Assembly: GCF_000143415.4 (NCBI RefSeq)
Contig: NW_003314318.1
Span: 620,001-684,000, forward strand
DNA: 64,000 bases
DNA from: Selaginella moellendorffii
Lineage: Eukaryota > Plantae > Lycopodiophyta
Direction of reading: 5' to 3'
In this document: piece by piece, positions 15,018 through 28,574 of the stretch
Numbering within the stretch: the first letter of the stretch is position 1
Layout: each line of letters begins with the position of its first letter
Position numbers and translations under genes: made by a program
Notes under the pieces: model-generated
The model's input: the letters and a program-made list of their open reading frames with translations, nothing else
What the model was told of the DNA's origin: nothing
Database searches by the model: none

Positions 15018-16290
15018 ATGGGGAGTTTGGCATTTCGCGTGGCGCTGGCGCCGCCTCTCGTCGGTCGATCATCGAGGCACGCGAGGATTTCAGGGGCGCG
15101 CTATCGATTGTCACGCTGCTGCTTCTCCTCGCAATCGGCTATGGCTAGCGCCGCGCTGGAGATTGAGCTGGTAAGCAAAACGAAAATCGTAGAAGAGCTA
15201 TAGAAATTTCTTTCCAGATTCCTTGCTTGAAGGACAATTATGCGTATTTGCTGCGTGATGCGAGCTCCGGCGCGATTGGAGTGGTGGATCCATCGACGGC
15301 CCAGCCTGTGATTGAAGCTCTCGAGCGGCGGGGCCTCAAGCTCACGCACATTATAAACACGCACCATCACTGGGATCACACAGGTGGTAATGCCGATCTT
15401 AAGAAACGCTATGGTGCACAGGCACGAGAATTTTTCTTTTTCTTTCTCTTGTCCTCTTTTCTTTTGCGAAGAACTAAACTATACTTGGTTGGTCGTGTAG
15501 ATTGTTGCTCCTCCTGGCGATGGAATCCCCGGCATTGACGTTCCATTAAAAGATGGAGATACGTGGATGCTTGGAGAGCATGCCATGAAAGTTATTGGAA
15601 CTCCTGGTCACACACGGGGTAGCTCTTTCTCTGCTTAGTTTCACAAGTTTTGTTTCATGATTCTTATATCTGGAGATTGCGTTTCAGGTCACGTCAGTTA
15701 CTATTTCGCGGATTCGAGAGCTGTGTTTACTGGTGACACGCTCTTTTCAATCGGCTGTGGAAGACTATTTGAAGGTTCTGCTCAACAGGTGGAGCTTTGA
15801 ATTTAGCTTATTGACACGTATTTTTTTTACAACTTTTTCTTCTTCATAGATGTGGTCCTCTCTTTCAAAGCTCGCGGCTTTACCGGATGAAACTCGGGTC
15901 TTTTGTGGTCATGAGTATACCTTGGTATGGACAAATCGTTTTTTCTCTATTAAGGTGGTTCATTTCTCTTCACGGTTGCTTCTTACAGTCGAACGCGAAG
16001 TTCGCAATGACGATTGAACCGAACAACCCGGCCTTAAATTCGCATTTTGAGAAAGTCAAGCAGCTCCGAGACAGCGGCCTTGCCACGGTACTGCTTAGGA
16101 AAACAAGTACTTTCAGTGACGACTGCTTGGTTTGTATGTGTAGATACCGTCCTCAGTGGGAGAAGAAAAGAAGTTTAATCCATTTCTGAGGCCAGCTAGT
16201 CGGGAGATCCGGAGGAGCTTGAACCTCTCCGATGATGCTAGTGATAGCGATGTCTTCACAGCCGTGAGGAAAGCCAAAGATAGAGCCTAA
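15018..16290 (+). CDS. GLX2: Hydroxyacylglutathione hydrolase (glyoxalase II), organellar type, multi-exon
   Basis: Transit-peptide-like N-terminus, then [12 protein letters not shown], the THHHWDH metallo-beta-lactamase motif, [30 protein letters not shown] and EKKFNPFLR. Confidence 0.93.
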
Positions 16291-16423
16291 TACGTAAGGA
16301 ATACGCTGGCTAAGAGATCTTACATCAGCTAGCTATAGAGAAGCGAGGTAAGAGTTGATGAAGTCCCATCTTTAGAGATCACAAGTTTATTTTTTTACAG
16401 TAAGAACAGTAGCTTCCTTCGAC

Positions 16424-16765
16424 TCAGTGCTTGAGATCATTGAGCCCCTCATCGCGCATTCGGATCATCACCACTTTCTGGTTTCCTAGAGACAGCGAGA
16501 ACAGCGCCTTGGCACAAACGTCCCTCATCTTCTTCCAGGCCGAGAGAAATCCAATCCTTACGCCTGGACGCTTGATCCTCCACGCTCTCATTTTCCTCCG
16601 GTGAGGCCTGCTCTTCATCCTGGATCCTCCCTTTGCTGCTTGCTGCTGCTGTTGCTGCTTTCCAGAACACTTGTCAGTGCCATCGATTCTGCTGTAGCTC
16701 CTCGCCGATTGCCTCGTCTTCAATCTCCTGTAAGCAACAGGGAGAAGTCCAGTATAGCTCTCCAT
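16424..16765 (-). CDS. Small basic uncharacterised plant protein
   Basis: An ATG at 16765 gives 113 aa with Y.R.....WRIK....W.KMRD, resembling a widespread family of small Arg/Lys-rich plant proteins. Confidence 0.5.
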   Translation of the reverse strand: MESYTGLLPVAYRRLKTRQSARSYSRIDGTDKCSGKQQQQQQAAKGGSRMKSRPHRRKMRAWRIKRPGVRIGFLSAWKKMRDVCAKALFSLSLGNQKVVMIRMRDEGLNDLKH

Positions 16766-17424
16766 TTCTTTACTGTTCGCCTCTACAGATCTAGTGGAAG
16801 AATTCGAGAAAAGAGGAGGAGATCTTTTCCTTTCTTGCCAAAGTCGCGCTTTCTCTTTGCGAAGAATTAAGTGGCGAGGAAAGCAAAGCAAACTCCTTTT
16901 GCTGCTACGAGAGGAAAATTGCGCGAAACAAGACGAAATCTTCAAAGTCGTTCCTGCTGGCCAGTGAAGTCTGACTCGAGAAAAATAAAAATAAAAATAA
17001 AAAAACAAAAAAGGAAGAAGAAAAGAAATGATAGAACAAAACCACTTGCAAGCGAGAATGAGTCTACACTCGGGCAGCTTGGAGGAGTTCAGTTCTTCAT
17101 GGTTTATGTACAGGGCCCATGAAAACCATCTTTTTCTCGCACCAAATTCGTGTCAGATTCGTTCCCCTGCGTGTTGCGAAAAGAGAAAAAACTTCGAATA
17201 AATCGTCAAAAGGCCAGGCTTTGGAATGAAGTGACAATTATTTTTTCTTTCCTTTAGGTAGGAGGTTCCAAGTTCCCACCGACGACAAAATTGCCTTCCA
17301 GAACGCTTTGACCGGAATGCCAAGATTTGAATGCAAAGCATATACCAAAAATCCGCATATTTACAGAATATGCTTTTTTCGCTTAGCGAGCTAAACTAAA
17401 CCAAAAGTTAAGTGGGAAACACTT

Positions 17425-20400
17425 TCACCTTGCTTCCACGATGGAGTTCTCTTCCTGGTAGCTCAAAGGCGCTTGCGAGGCTTGCGAGCTAAAAACGTAT
17501 GAGGTGTTGGCGCTGCTGCTGCTGGGCTGATCGACGCTATCGACGCTGCGGCTTCGATCCTTTCCACCGGAGTCCGAGAAGAATCCCGGGGCCGCGTCCT
17601 TGAGAGCGGAGTAGCCTGGGCGGAGGGAGCTCACGTCCACCGGGGACGTCCCGACGAGCATCGCTACGACGTGAGACATCGCCGGACGCGAGGAAGCCAC
17701 GGCGTGGCTGCACAAGAGGGCCACCTTGATCACTCTCGCCGCTTCCTCTTGAGAAACGTCTGTGAGCTCTTTGTCTACCATGTCCATTTCCTGCTTCCTC
17801 TCGTACAAGTTCCATGCCTGTTTGGAAACAACTTAAAAGATCAAACCGATGTTTTCCTCGTTTTGGCTTACCCATTCAAGCAAGTAGACCATGTCTGCTG
17901 GCAAGCTTGTGTCCAAGTTGCTCCTCCCGCTCACGATTTCCAGAGCCAGGACTCCGAAGCTGTAGACATCTGCTTTCTCTGTAAGTTGGCCCCTCATTGC
18001 GTATTCAGGAGAAAGGTAGCCTCTGGAAAACAAAAACAAGAGTTAGCAGACTCGATGGAACTTACATCCTCTTACGCACATTGTGCCGGCAACTCGAGTG
18101 CTAACGTGAGTTTCGTGATCTTGGAACAGCTTTGCCAAGCCAAAGTCTGCAATCTTTGGAGTCATGTTTCTGTCCAGGAGAACATTGTGGGCTTTGATGT
18201 CCCGGTGTACGATCTTGGGCTTTGAATCCTCGTGCAAGTATGAGAGTCCTCGAGCAATCCCCAGACAAATGCTGAACCGTGTTGGCCAGTTAAGAAGATC
18301 GGGCTTTGTGCGCCTTGAAGCTGGATCAAGAGAATCAGTTCATCAAACTCGATAAGCATTTTGAAACAGCTTACACAGCAAGACGTGGTGAAGGCTGTTG
18401 TTCTCCAAAAACTCATAGACCAAGAGCCTGTGATCGCCATCAATGCAGCACCCGTGCAACTTCACCAGGTTTCTATGTTGCACAGACGAGATAACTGTCA
18501 CCTCGTTCAGGAACTCGCGAGAGCCTTGCTGAGATTTGGACGAAAGCTCCTTGATTGCAACCACTGTGCCATTAGGCAATACACCCTTGTAGACTGCGCC
18601 AAAACCTCCCTGTCCCAGCTTGTTTTCCGAGGAGAAATTCCGTGCTGCGTTCTTTAACTCATTGTATGTGAAAAGGTCCGGCTTGCCTTCGAGATGCTTC
18701 AAATCTGCAACAAAAGCTTGAGTATTTTGCCACAAGGCGTTTTAAAATGTACGTACCCTCGTCTTCCAATAAAGCTTTAAGCCGTCTCTGCTGTCGCTTC
18801 ACTATCAGAAACACAGCAAAGAGAATAACGAAAAGAACGGCCGCTCCTATCCCTACGCCCATAGCGACAGCTTTCGAACTCTTTGATTTGGATCCTGGTG
18901 CTTCCAGACCAGCAGTGCTAAAGACTGGAACATAAAAAATCCAACTTATTCGAGCCTGGAAAGTAGACAAAAACAATTAAGTGCGTACCTGGTGTCACCC
19001 GAATTGCAGCCACCAGAGGACCGTAGCAACAGGTACCTTTACCCCTCCATACAAAGTGCATATCGAGAACATTATTCGTCACCTCGACATTTCTGAAGGT
19101 TCTCACTAGAGCTCTGGAGGAACCACCAGCTTCATTTTGTATGTTAAAGTCCTTCACCCTTTGCGTTCCCTGCAAGAGTGTGTGTGAATAAGAAAAACGC
19201 CTACCATAAGAGATAACAGAATTACCTGAAGATAAATATCAAACAATCTCCTAGTTATACCGAGCCAAGTGGTGCTGTTGTCCAGCTGAATCTCCGCAAA
19301 ATGGAACTCCAGAGTGTATGCACCATTTACCATCCCAAGGCCTATGTATCTTAGCGAGCTGGGAGCACTTCTTGAAGTTTGGTAGAGCCCCCGATCAACT
19401 GTCCCCAGCACCGGCACAGTGGTGTTCTCAAAAGCCCTCACAAAGCCATCCGAATAGCCTGTACTGCCTACTACCCATGCTTGATCGTTTGAAGTAAACG
19501 TTCCCATAGTAAACATTGCTGTATCCTCGCTAAACATCGTCCCTGAAGACGATGTTATTTGTGGACCTCCACAATTGATAGCAAATTGATAACCTATATC
19601 CATTTTAATCAGAGAACGAAAAGCGAAAAGCTTTCTAGCTTACTTCGTCCATCTCTCACTCTGCTGCAGTTTGCTCTCGACTGCAGACAATTTGAAGCTG
19701 CTGCTCTAATGCTGCACGCAAATGTGAAAATCACATGATGTTCTCAGGAAAATAGAATACTTCAAAACATACTCTGGATTAAGATTAAATTGGTTCCATA
19801 TGGTGTTCCTAAAATCAACAAAAAATGCAAATCAGAAAAATGAATGTGAAAATGTTAGTGACGTACGCTTGAGCGATTCTACTTATCCAGCTTGGCATGG
19901 GTCCAGACAGTTCGTTAAACGAGACATCCCTGCAATAAAATGTCAACCAACTAGAATAAATAAGCTGAAGAAAAACGCAGTACAGGCGCTGGAGACTTCT
20001 TGATGCAAGTTGAGAAGGGAGCGGTCCAGTGAGGCGGTTGCTTCCAAGGAGACTTTACAACAAAATGACAAATTCAGCCGACATACAAGTCACAAGAAAA
20101 AAAAACCAAAATCGTACAGATTTTGTAGAGAAGGAAACGCCCACAAGGATGACGGGATGACGCCGGTCAAATTATTGAAGCTCAGGTCTCTGGGAAATAT
20201 TAAACGTGTAAGCTAGTTTCTGAAACTAGATCGTAGTTCTTACAGGTGTGCCAATGTACTTAGATTTCCAAGATCAGGAATGGAACCAGACAACTCGCAG
20301 TTTCGCAACATCCTGAAGATTAAACAGAAAGTTTAAAACTAACAAAATCAGGGAAAACTCACAGCTTGTTTATCCCGCTCAACATGTTGAGACTCGATGG

Positions 20401-21773
20401 AATTGCACCTCCTGATGTTATGTCTCCCAGGTCTCTAAAGATTGAACACAAGAACATAACTGTCAGTCATAACGCAAGAACAATACTTCACTCACAATGT
20501 CTTTATGTTGCGAAGGTTTCCTAAACTGGAGGGAATCGGTCCCTGGAAATTATTCCCATGCATTTTCCTGCAACACGTTTCTTAACATTTACATCTCACG
20601 GATCACGGCTCAGCTTACAAATCTTGAAGAGCGACCAGTCTTCCAATGAACTCCGGAAATGTCCCATTGAAATTGTTTCCAGCCATCCACCTGGCTTCCA
20701 GCCAACTGTAAGAGAAGGAAAAACGTGGAAAGCTTACAGTATTACAGAATTTCAAGGCTTGTCAGATTTCCAAATTCTTCGGGTAGCTCCCCGCCTAGGT
20801 TGCACGCATCCATGTATCTGAAACAGCCCCACGATTCATTTTTTCCGAAGAAAGAAGAAGACGAAAAAAAAACAACGCTTTAAAAGCTTACATTTTGCGC
20901 AAAGACTGTAAGTTTCCAATCTCCCTTGGTAGTGTTCCGGAGAAATCATTCGATCCAAAACCTCTGAGAAACAGAGGAATAAGTGAGAAGAGACTAGGCC
21001 CACGTACCGACTCAATTTCTTACATGCTGACCAGATTTGTAAGCCGCCCCAAGCTAGATGGCAATGGTCCGCTCAACTTGTTAATTCCCACCGTCCTATA
21101 CGAGCAAAAAAGTAAGCAGGATCAACTGAACCGCCTTAGAGCTGAGACAGAATTCGCCTACAGATACTGCAAGTTGGATAGCGAGCCAATTTCGTCCGGC
21201 AGCCGTCCCGTGAGCACGTTTTGTGCCAAGTTCCTGAAAGCCCCAAAGGAATGATGCATTGAACGATTACCGGAATCAAACTTACAAGTCGTTCAGTTGG
21301 GGGAAATTCCCAATCTCAGGAGGGATCTGTCCAGCTGCGTTCATGCTCACCACCACTCTGAAAACGAGAAAACAAAGAGCAAAACGAGTTAAGAAGAAAG
21401 CCGAAAGGTCTCTTACATCCTGGTGACATGACAGAGCGAGGAGTTTCCCCTGCCGCAGTTGCACTCGATTCCAGTGATCGGGTTGTTGAAAGAATTTGCG
21501 GTGGCTGTGTTGTTCCATCCGTTCAAGCCGCTGCAAGGGTCCACGCTAAAGTTCCAGAACTTTGAAATGCGCAAACTATCTGCGAGGATTCTCAGAGCCG
21601 CCACTGTAGACAAGCACGACATAGAGAGTGAGATATCAGTTCTACTAAGACTCGAAATGAATCTTACACTCGTCAGGATCTGTTGTTGTTGTTGCTTGTG
21701 CTGCTGCTCGACCATGGAAGGCAATGAAGAAAAGTAGCACCCAAAGCGCTGCTGCGCCAAGAGAAACCCCCAT
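17425..21773 (-). CDS. LRR-malectin receptor-like Ser/Thr kinase (LRR-VIII-2 type), multi-exon
   Basis: Signal peptide [19 protein letters not shown], short one-LRR exons and a malectin domain ([34 protein letters not shown]). A TM segment follows, then kinase motifs [23 protein letters not shown] and GYLSPEYA. Confidence 0.93.
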
Positions 21774-21970
21774 AGAGCTAGAAGAGATAGAAAAAACACA
21801 TTTTGATCAACAGTGGGATGGGATGAGATCGTCTCCGTACTATAAGTAGCGAAAAATGACGAATTCGGTCAACTGGGCTGGCACCGAGTATGAAAACGGT
21901 GGCTGGCATAAAAAAGAAAAAGGTGCGCTACTTGCACTCGTAGCACAAAATTGACCGAAAGCACAAGTGC

Positions 21971-23292
21971 TTACTGTTCATCGTTTTGTCGGAGCTTCTT
22001 TCTGGCCTCATCTTTCCTTTCCCCGTCTGGAAGAGCTGCAGCCGCTTCGCGACGCTCTCTTTTTAAGCCCTTCATTTTCTTCAGCGCGATCTCTCCAACC
22101 TGTAAATAGTCTCGTTTCACGTCCGTGGCAAAGAGATGCACGGCATCGTACCTCCTGTTTAGGCATGTAGATCCTTCCAACTTTGCCGTCCATCATGTCG
22201 GAGCTTACGTTTTTAATCTAGCAACACACACAGTAAAGGGATCAGACGCGACTATTTCCACAAGTGATAAAGCGACAGTACCTTCTTCTGTGGTGCCTTT
22301 GAAACGGTTCTCATAGCCTCCTTTCTTAACTCCTCGCCAGGAGTTTGATTTCGTCGAAACACCATGTCTAACGATGGACCGACATCTACGAGCACAATCT
22401 GTGGAACCTTGGTACCCGATTTCATCAAACGTATGGCGCAGTGTCTAAACAACACCTGCTTGATTCCTGTCGTGAGTACCATGGATAGAATGAAAGAAAA
22501 AATAGATAGAAATCACCTTAGTTGCTGTAGCAACACAAACAAACACACGATCCAGACCAGCAAGATTGATCCTGTCCACCTCCTGCAGAAACAAAAGACA
22601 AAAAAACCAAGTTAGCAAGGTAGTGACTTGGAAAGGATCATACCTCTCCCCTAAAGAAATCTAGCATCATCTCCTTGAACTGCCTGCATTTCTCATCCGA
22701 CTCAAATGCTTCACCGATGAAGGCAAAGCACGGTTTAGATCCAACTTGTGGAGAGAACTTTCGAGCACCTCCATGATCTTTGACCGATTTATACCGCTCA
22801 ACTCCAAGCTCCATGAAATCATAGACATGGTTGTCATAGAACCTCCCAAACACGATGTTGTTTGGCCGTTTCTTCGAGTGAGATCCAAACTGCAGCAAAA
22901 ATTCACGTCAGGAGAGCTCGATCGAGAAGGGAAAAAAAGAAAGAAAGAAAGGAATGCTCACCACTACCAAGCTGCAATCTGTTTTCTTGGAGAAGAATTC
23001 CAGAGGAGCAGCGCCCGCTGGCTCGAAAGGCCGGATGTTCTCGTTTTTCCGGGTCCAATGCACGGCATTGCCGCCGTCCTTCTTGATGTGGTGTAGATCG
23101 CTAAGAACTCCCTTCACAACCGCTGAGGTCGAGGTGCCGTGGAGCAAGAGCGCCTTCTTTACATTCTCCTTCTGCGGCGACGGAATCAGACCTATGGATC
23201 GGCGATGGAGAAACAGAACTTACAATCTTTGGAGCGCGCTTCTCCAGCACCCGCCTCGCTTGCTTCGTCTTGGGCTTCACAACGCGCAGCAT
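21971..23292 (-). CDS. RPF2: Ribosome production factor 2 (Brix domain), multi-exon
   Basis: MLRVVKPKTKQARRVLEKRAPK, IRPFE, FGSHSKKRPNNIVFGR, VGPSLD and GRIYMPKQ...KMKGLKR. Confidence 0.92.
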
Positions 23293-23334
23293 CTTCTCAA
23301 GAACCCTAGCAAAATATTTAGGGTTTATCAAAAC
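23293..23334. promoter_or_regulatory. 42-bp inter-ATG spacer with two opposed telo-box-like motifs (bidirectional promoter core)
   Basis: AACCCTA at about 23302-23308 and TAGGGTTT at about 23319-23326 lie between the divergent RPF2 and TCD start codons. Confidence 0.6.
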
Positions 23335-25245
23335 ATGGACAAGGCGCTATGGCTGTGCGCGGGAGCGGTGTTTGGATCCGTCGCGTGCATCGCTGTGAAT
23401 CGCTACTGGGATTCCTTTTCCGATCCGAAATCAAGGTGTGTACGCGGTTTTTCTGGACTGGTCGGATGATTTTGGCAGAGAATGGATTTTCTTTCGGCGA
23501 GAGACGAAGGTTACAGTAGCATTGGACACAAGCAAAGGTATGTCATCCTTCTTTAGCTCTTTTTTCTCTTCACAGAAGAACTTTCATTGCGCAGTCGATG
23601 ACATTCTTCCTGATTTAAGTGATGAGATTCTAGTCGAGCAATTTACACGGTATGTTCCACGCTGCTTTTTTTTTTTTTCCCATTGTTTGGGACTAGGAAG
23701 GAACTTCTCTCTCGTCCAGGAATGTCCAATTTTTTGGCTTGGAAGGACAGAAAAGAGTCCAAGCTTCGTTCGTGATCGTCGTTGGACTTGGAGGAGTGGG
23801 CAGCCATGCCGCCGCGATGCTCCTCCGGTCTGGAGTTGGAAAACTTCGCTTGATCGATTTTGATCAGGTTGGTTTCCTTCCATCGTTTTTTTGGTTTTTC
23901 CTCCTTTCATTCAGTGTGAGAATGCTTTGTTACTCGCGCAGGTCTCTTTGTCTTCGCTTAATCGCCATGCTGTGGCGACGAGAGACGATGTTGGGACTCC
24001 TAAAGCAGTTTGTCTAAAGGAACATTTTTCTCGCATTTATCCTGAATGCGTTATTGAGGCTTGCAGCGAGCTTTTTGACGAGTCGTCGGCGGAGGATTTA
24101 CTTTCGGGGTCACCAGATTTTGTTTTAGACTGCATTGACAACATCGACACTAAGGTGAGATGTTTCTACTCTAACTTTGCAACTTATATCATGAGTTCGT
24201 GGCGCAGGTTTTTTTGATCGCTACGTGTAAGAAAAAATCGCTTCGAGTTTTGTCCGCGACGGGTGCTGGGGCCAGAGCTGACCCGACTCGTGTTCGTATT
24301 GCGGACATTTGTGAATCATCGATCGATCCTCTTTCTCGCGCGGTATGCTCGTCTAAATTTCTTCTTCTTCCTCTTAGAATAAATACTAGGTGAGGCATCG
24401 CTTAAGACGCTTGCATGGCATAGAAAGTGGAGTTCCGGTGGTGTTTTCCATGGAGAGGCCGAAAGCAAAGCTGCTACCTGTGAATGGCGTCGATGGACAG
24501 GAAGGAAATCCTTCAGATTATCAAGTAAGTAGTTAGTGGTAAGTAGCTTGTATGCTATGTGAATATCGAGCTGACGATGAGCAGATAGTTCCAGGTTTTC
24601 GAGTTCGAATAATTCCCGTGCTCGGAACAATCCCAGCCATTTTTGGCCAAGTCATGGCCTCTTACACAATTGCGAAGCTTGCAGGGCTTCAAGTTGAAAC
24701 AGAGCCCGTGGTTAATCTAGACGTGGAGCACTATGCTGTTCTTCATCGACGTCTGATTGAACGGGAAGAGCTGCTTTATGGAACAGCCGACGCTGTTGAG
24801 GTGAGCAGTTTCATGGCTTCTTGGCGCTGTTTCCTCCAAAGCTTGCATTTGAAGGTGGACAAGGAGGAAGTTGCCTATGTTGTCCGAGAGCTATGGCGTG
24901 GTAAAAGCGCAAGGAACCAGGATTCTCACGATGTTGGCAGAGGGATGTGGCGATCGGTGAATAAACTGACACTAACGAGGTTTGCATTTCGGTTCCAGTC
25001 TTACAGTTCCTTCAGCTCTTTGTGCAGATGGGATCACAAACAGCCTCCCAGTGTTTCGAACTTAATCCTGCTCACATTTCAAGAGGTACGGCGAAACTCG
25101 AGAGATTTTCTTTCTTTATTCATGTTTGTCCTTGCCTCAGGCCGAAAAACATGAGGCTTCAAGCGTTGAAGAAATCAAAGAGCAGGAACCAGCTTTCTAC
25201 GCTATGGTGACAGAAACCCTTAATTGTGGAAAGAAAGAGTTTTAA
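23335..25245 (+). CDS. tRNA threonylcarbamoyladenosine dehydratase (ThiF/TcdA, TCD1/2-like), multi-exon
   Basis: N-terminal TM anchor, then VIVVGLGGVGSHAA.MLLRSGVGKLRLIDFDQVSLSSLNRHA, VLDCIDNIDTKV, DPLSR, VVFSME and FRVRIIPVLGTIPAIFG. Confidence 0.92.
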
Positions 25246-25608
25246 AGGCAAAGCTGGCATTCTTTTTCTCGTGATGGAGAAACCTTCATTTATAGTAAAT
25301 TTAAGGTGGAAAACTCAACTCTAGAAAATAAATTAGCATGCAGAAGTTTAAACCTTGCAAAAAAACAATTCCTCTAGTCCTTGCATGGCAATACTCTTTG
25401 ACCCCATAGCTTCCATTTCTGTAGGAGAAAGTACATTAGAACTCATGAACTTCATAGATGACTGAACCTGGCTCAAAACTATCATTGTTTGCAGAGGAAT
25501 GGCAAAGATCTACCTGAGAGGAGGGTCTGCAAGCGAAAGCAGACGACTCAGATGGACGAGGAAACTCTGGTATGAGTTTTTGGTAATTGCCTGCAAATGT
25601 TAGTTGGC

Positions 25609-27280
25609 TTACCTACTTTGAGCAGGACATATGTGAGGCATGATTGGGCTTGGAGTCATGTCCTCCATGTCACTCTCGAGCATTTGAAACTTCACCTTGT
25701 ACTGAGGAAGATCTGGCAGTATCAACAGATCTTCATGCTCCCCTGTGGTCTTATTCACTTTCCTCCATGTATGGTAGTCAAAGCGAGCACAGTTGGCCTC
25801 TGATGTGACAAAATACAACCCTGCGACCTGTATCTGGTTTCGGTGAAGGGTACTTACCAGCATATAAACTGGGTGCCACACGACCAGGTCCTTCTTTGCC
25901 AAAGTTGAATGGAGGAGGTACGCAACTTTCCGCTTGAAGTCAATATACAAACTGTGGATGGCCGCCTCCGTTTGCAACCTCGGCCAGAAATAAGCTGACT
26001 TGGCTCGTTCCCTGGTATATTCCTCCACCTTGGCTGTCAGGTCCGTAAAATCCGAGTAGAAACAGACGTGAAGATCCTCCTCCTCATCGACCACCAGGTT
26101 TTGGACGGTGTTTGAAGCTCGAGCACGCTGGGTCCAAGGCACAATCTGCTCACAGTCCGTGAGGAACTTCGGAAACGTGAGGTGCATCAACAATTCCATG
26201 ATTTCTCCTCGAAAGCCCCTGACTCGTCCCACCTCTCTATAGGAGATAACCATGCGGCGCCAGTGCTGGACGTCAAGTCTCAGAAGCAGCTGCTCCTTTA
26301 TAAAGGTCGAACCAATCACCATGCAGTTTTTAATCGATTCTTCACCCCTATCTAAGTGGATGATCTTGTGGGATTTGCCTGTGCACCGTCCGACTAGGGT
26401 GAACATGTCAAGTAGATTTTTCTGGCTAGAGATCTCATCCTTTAAGCTGTGCAGAATAGAAGAAAACTGCCATCGTTTTACAAATACAAGCCTTGGAATG
26501 TAGCCAACATAATAAACATGGTGCCGAACATTAGACCAAGTAAGTTCATCCAGGAACACATGTGCGTGGCACTGCTTGAGTTCTTCTTCGCTCCACAAAC
26601 GTCTATAAAAAAATTTATAGCCACTGGTAATCTTGGTAAACTCCTTATACACAGTCTTATCCGGGCTTGTGATGAATAGCGTGTTGGGATCCAGGAAAAA
26701 CGTTGTGATGGGCTCACTGTCGTTTATGAAAATTGTCCGCTGGTCCATCAAGTACCTGTCAACCTCGGCTCTATCCCCCACAGAATCAAACTTTTTCTCT
26801 TTAAAGACTGCATAGCCGGTTCCCATTTTCTTTTCGTGGTACACAACAGTGTAACCCTTCTTCATGAAGGTGAACAGCAGCTGCAAGCCGATAACCGTCT
26901 TTCCTGTTCCTGGCTGTCCTATGAAGAGCGTCCAAAACGGGACAGGTGCCCCAAGTCCACGTCGGCCTTCCGCTTGCAGCTCACGAAGCTCATGAAGCTC
27001 ACGAAGCTCGTCCTCTAATTCGTGAAAAAGCTCCACACAGTCCTGCCGAACATACAGAAGATTACTCCTTGGGACATCCCAGTAAGTCGTGTCCCCCAAG
27101 GTCGGTACGAAGAAACAGCCTGCTACGGGCTCGTCTCCAATACGTTTCATCCCGCCTGGGGTGTGCTCCACAAACTCCGACTTGTGAAAGTTCGCAAACA
27201 GCCTAACCAGAGCTGGAACACATAGCAATCAGGACGCAGTTCGAGAAAACTGTTAAGCGCTTACCATCGTCATTCGACAT
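25609..27280 (-). CDS. Crinkler/RHS-type P-loop NTPase plus restriction-endonuclease-fold protein (nuclease site degenerate)
   Basis: Walker A FIGQPGTGKT, then IFINDS, LFITSPD..YKEF, LWSEEEL, GYIPRLVF, G.IMELLMH and YFWP. A probable mini first exon MSNDD (27280) splices GT-AG onto the 539-aa ORF. Confidence 0.75.
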
Positions 27281-27689
27281 CTCTAGAGCCCTAAAAGAAA
27301 TTTGGAATCTAAGGCAAATTTTGTCGGGGACGACGCTCCTCGTCCGCTGTGGCATGGTGGGACGTGCTGGAGATCTTCCATGAACTGCGACGATATACCG
27401 CCCGACGACGTCACATTCCTGGGAATTCCGGATCCCGGCGCTTGAAATCCGGATTCTTCTTCCCCATCCCTCTGCAAGACAATGGTGTTGATAAATTTCC
27501 ACCGGCAGCCACGAATCGCGAAGAGATCGCCGACGCCGTGAGAGGATGCGTCGGCATGAAAAGCACCAATCTCTTCTCCTGGACATCACGAGCTCTTGCA
27601 CAGCGGGCATCTAGAAGAAGCCAGGACCGCGTCCGATCAAATGCAACGCCGTGATCGCGGCGATGCCAGAGAGAGACACCAGCCTGATC

Positions 27690-28060
27690 CAAAGATATCT
27701 TCCACGACAGATGCCGAAGTGCCCACAATGCTTCAGTGTTCTCACAAAGCAAAGGTTTCAACAGTGCTAAGACGTGATGCCCGAGCAGAACATAGTCGCA
27801 TGGAATGCGATCATCGCAACACTTTCCCGATGTGGGCATTTGGAGAAAGAAATGATTGCTTTTGACAAGATGCCCGTCTGGCAGCACTTTAGCTGCAATG
27901 CACCCAGCACTGCATACGCAGAAAAAGGATTTACTCGAAGCGAAAATAATGTTTGCGAGAATGCCACAGCAAGGAGTCGTCTCGTGGAATGTTCTCCTTG
28001 CAGAGCTCGAAATCCCAAGCGATTGTGGAATCGATGCCGGTGAGGAACATTGCTTCTAGG
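27690..28060 (+). pseudogene. Frameshifted PLS-class PPR fragment
   Basis: MPEQNIVAWNAII....CGHLE and EAKIMFARMPQQGVVSWNVLL lie in different frames. Confidence 0.7.
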
Positions 28061-28574
28061 GATCCAAGATGAGACAAGTCTTTGCAGTGGATCGCAAGAA
28101 AGAAAGTTTACTTCTGTTTTGCAGGGGAGCTTAAACAGTGGTTTGACTTGACACGCTGAATCAGTAATCGAGGTCTTCTCGACGTTTGACTAGGTGGATC
28201 ACAGTCCACAACACGGTAAAACAGGTCAGTCGTGTTGTCACAAACTAAAGAAGAATGTTTGATCAGTTCCGGGAACCTTCACTGAGACATATTTCTACAG
28301 GGGAATTGCAAAAAAAGATAGATTGTCTGACCGCGATGGTGGGCGGTGGTGGTGGTGGTAGTGGCGTGACCGCGCTCGTCACGCGGCAACACGGGCCGGT
28401 TCTAAGAAAGGTCAAGATTTTCACACCTTATTGTTGTTGAGTTTTCCATCTCCCCGCGTCCTTCTAAGCATCTATATAGGCTCCCTCGTTTCCTCCTGAT
28501 TCTAACATCACTCATAGTCCGAAAACGTTTCGGTTTGTTTCTTCTCTGCGAACTTAGCAGCAGGAAGATCAAAG

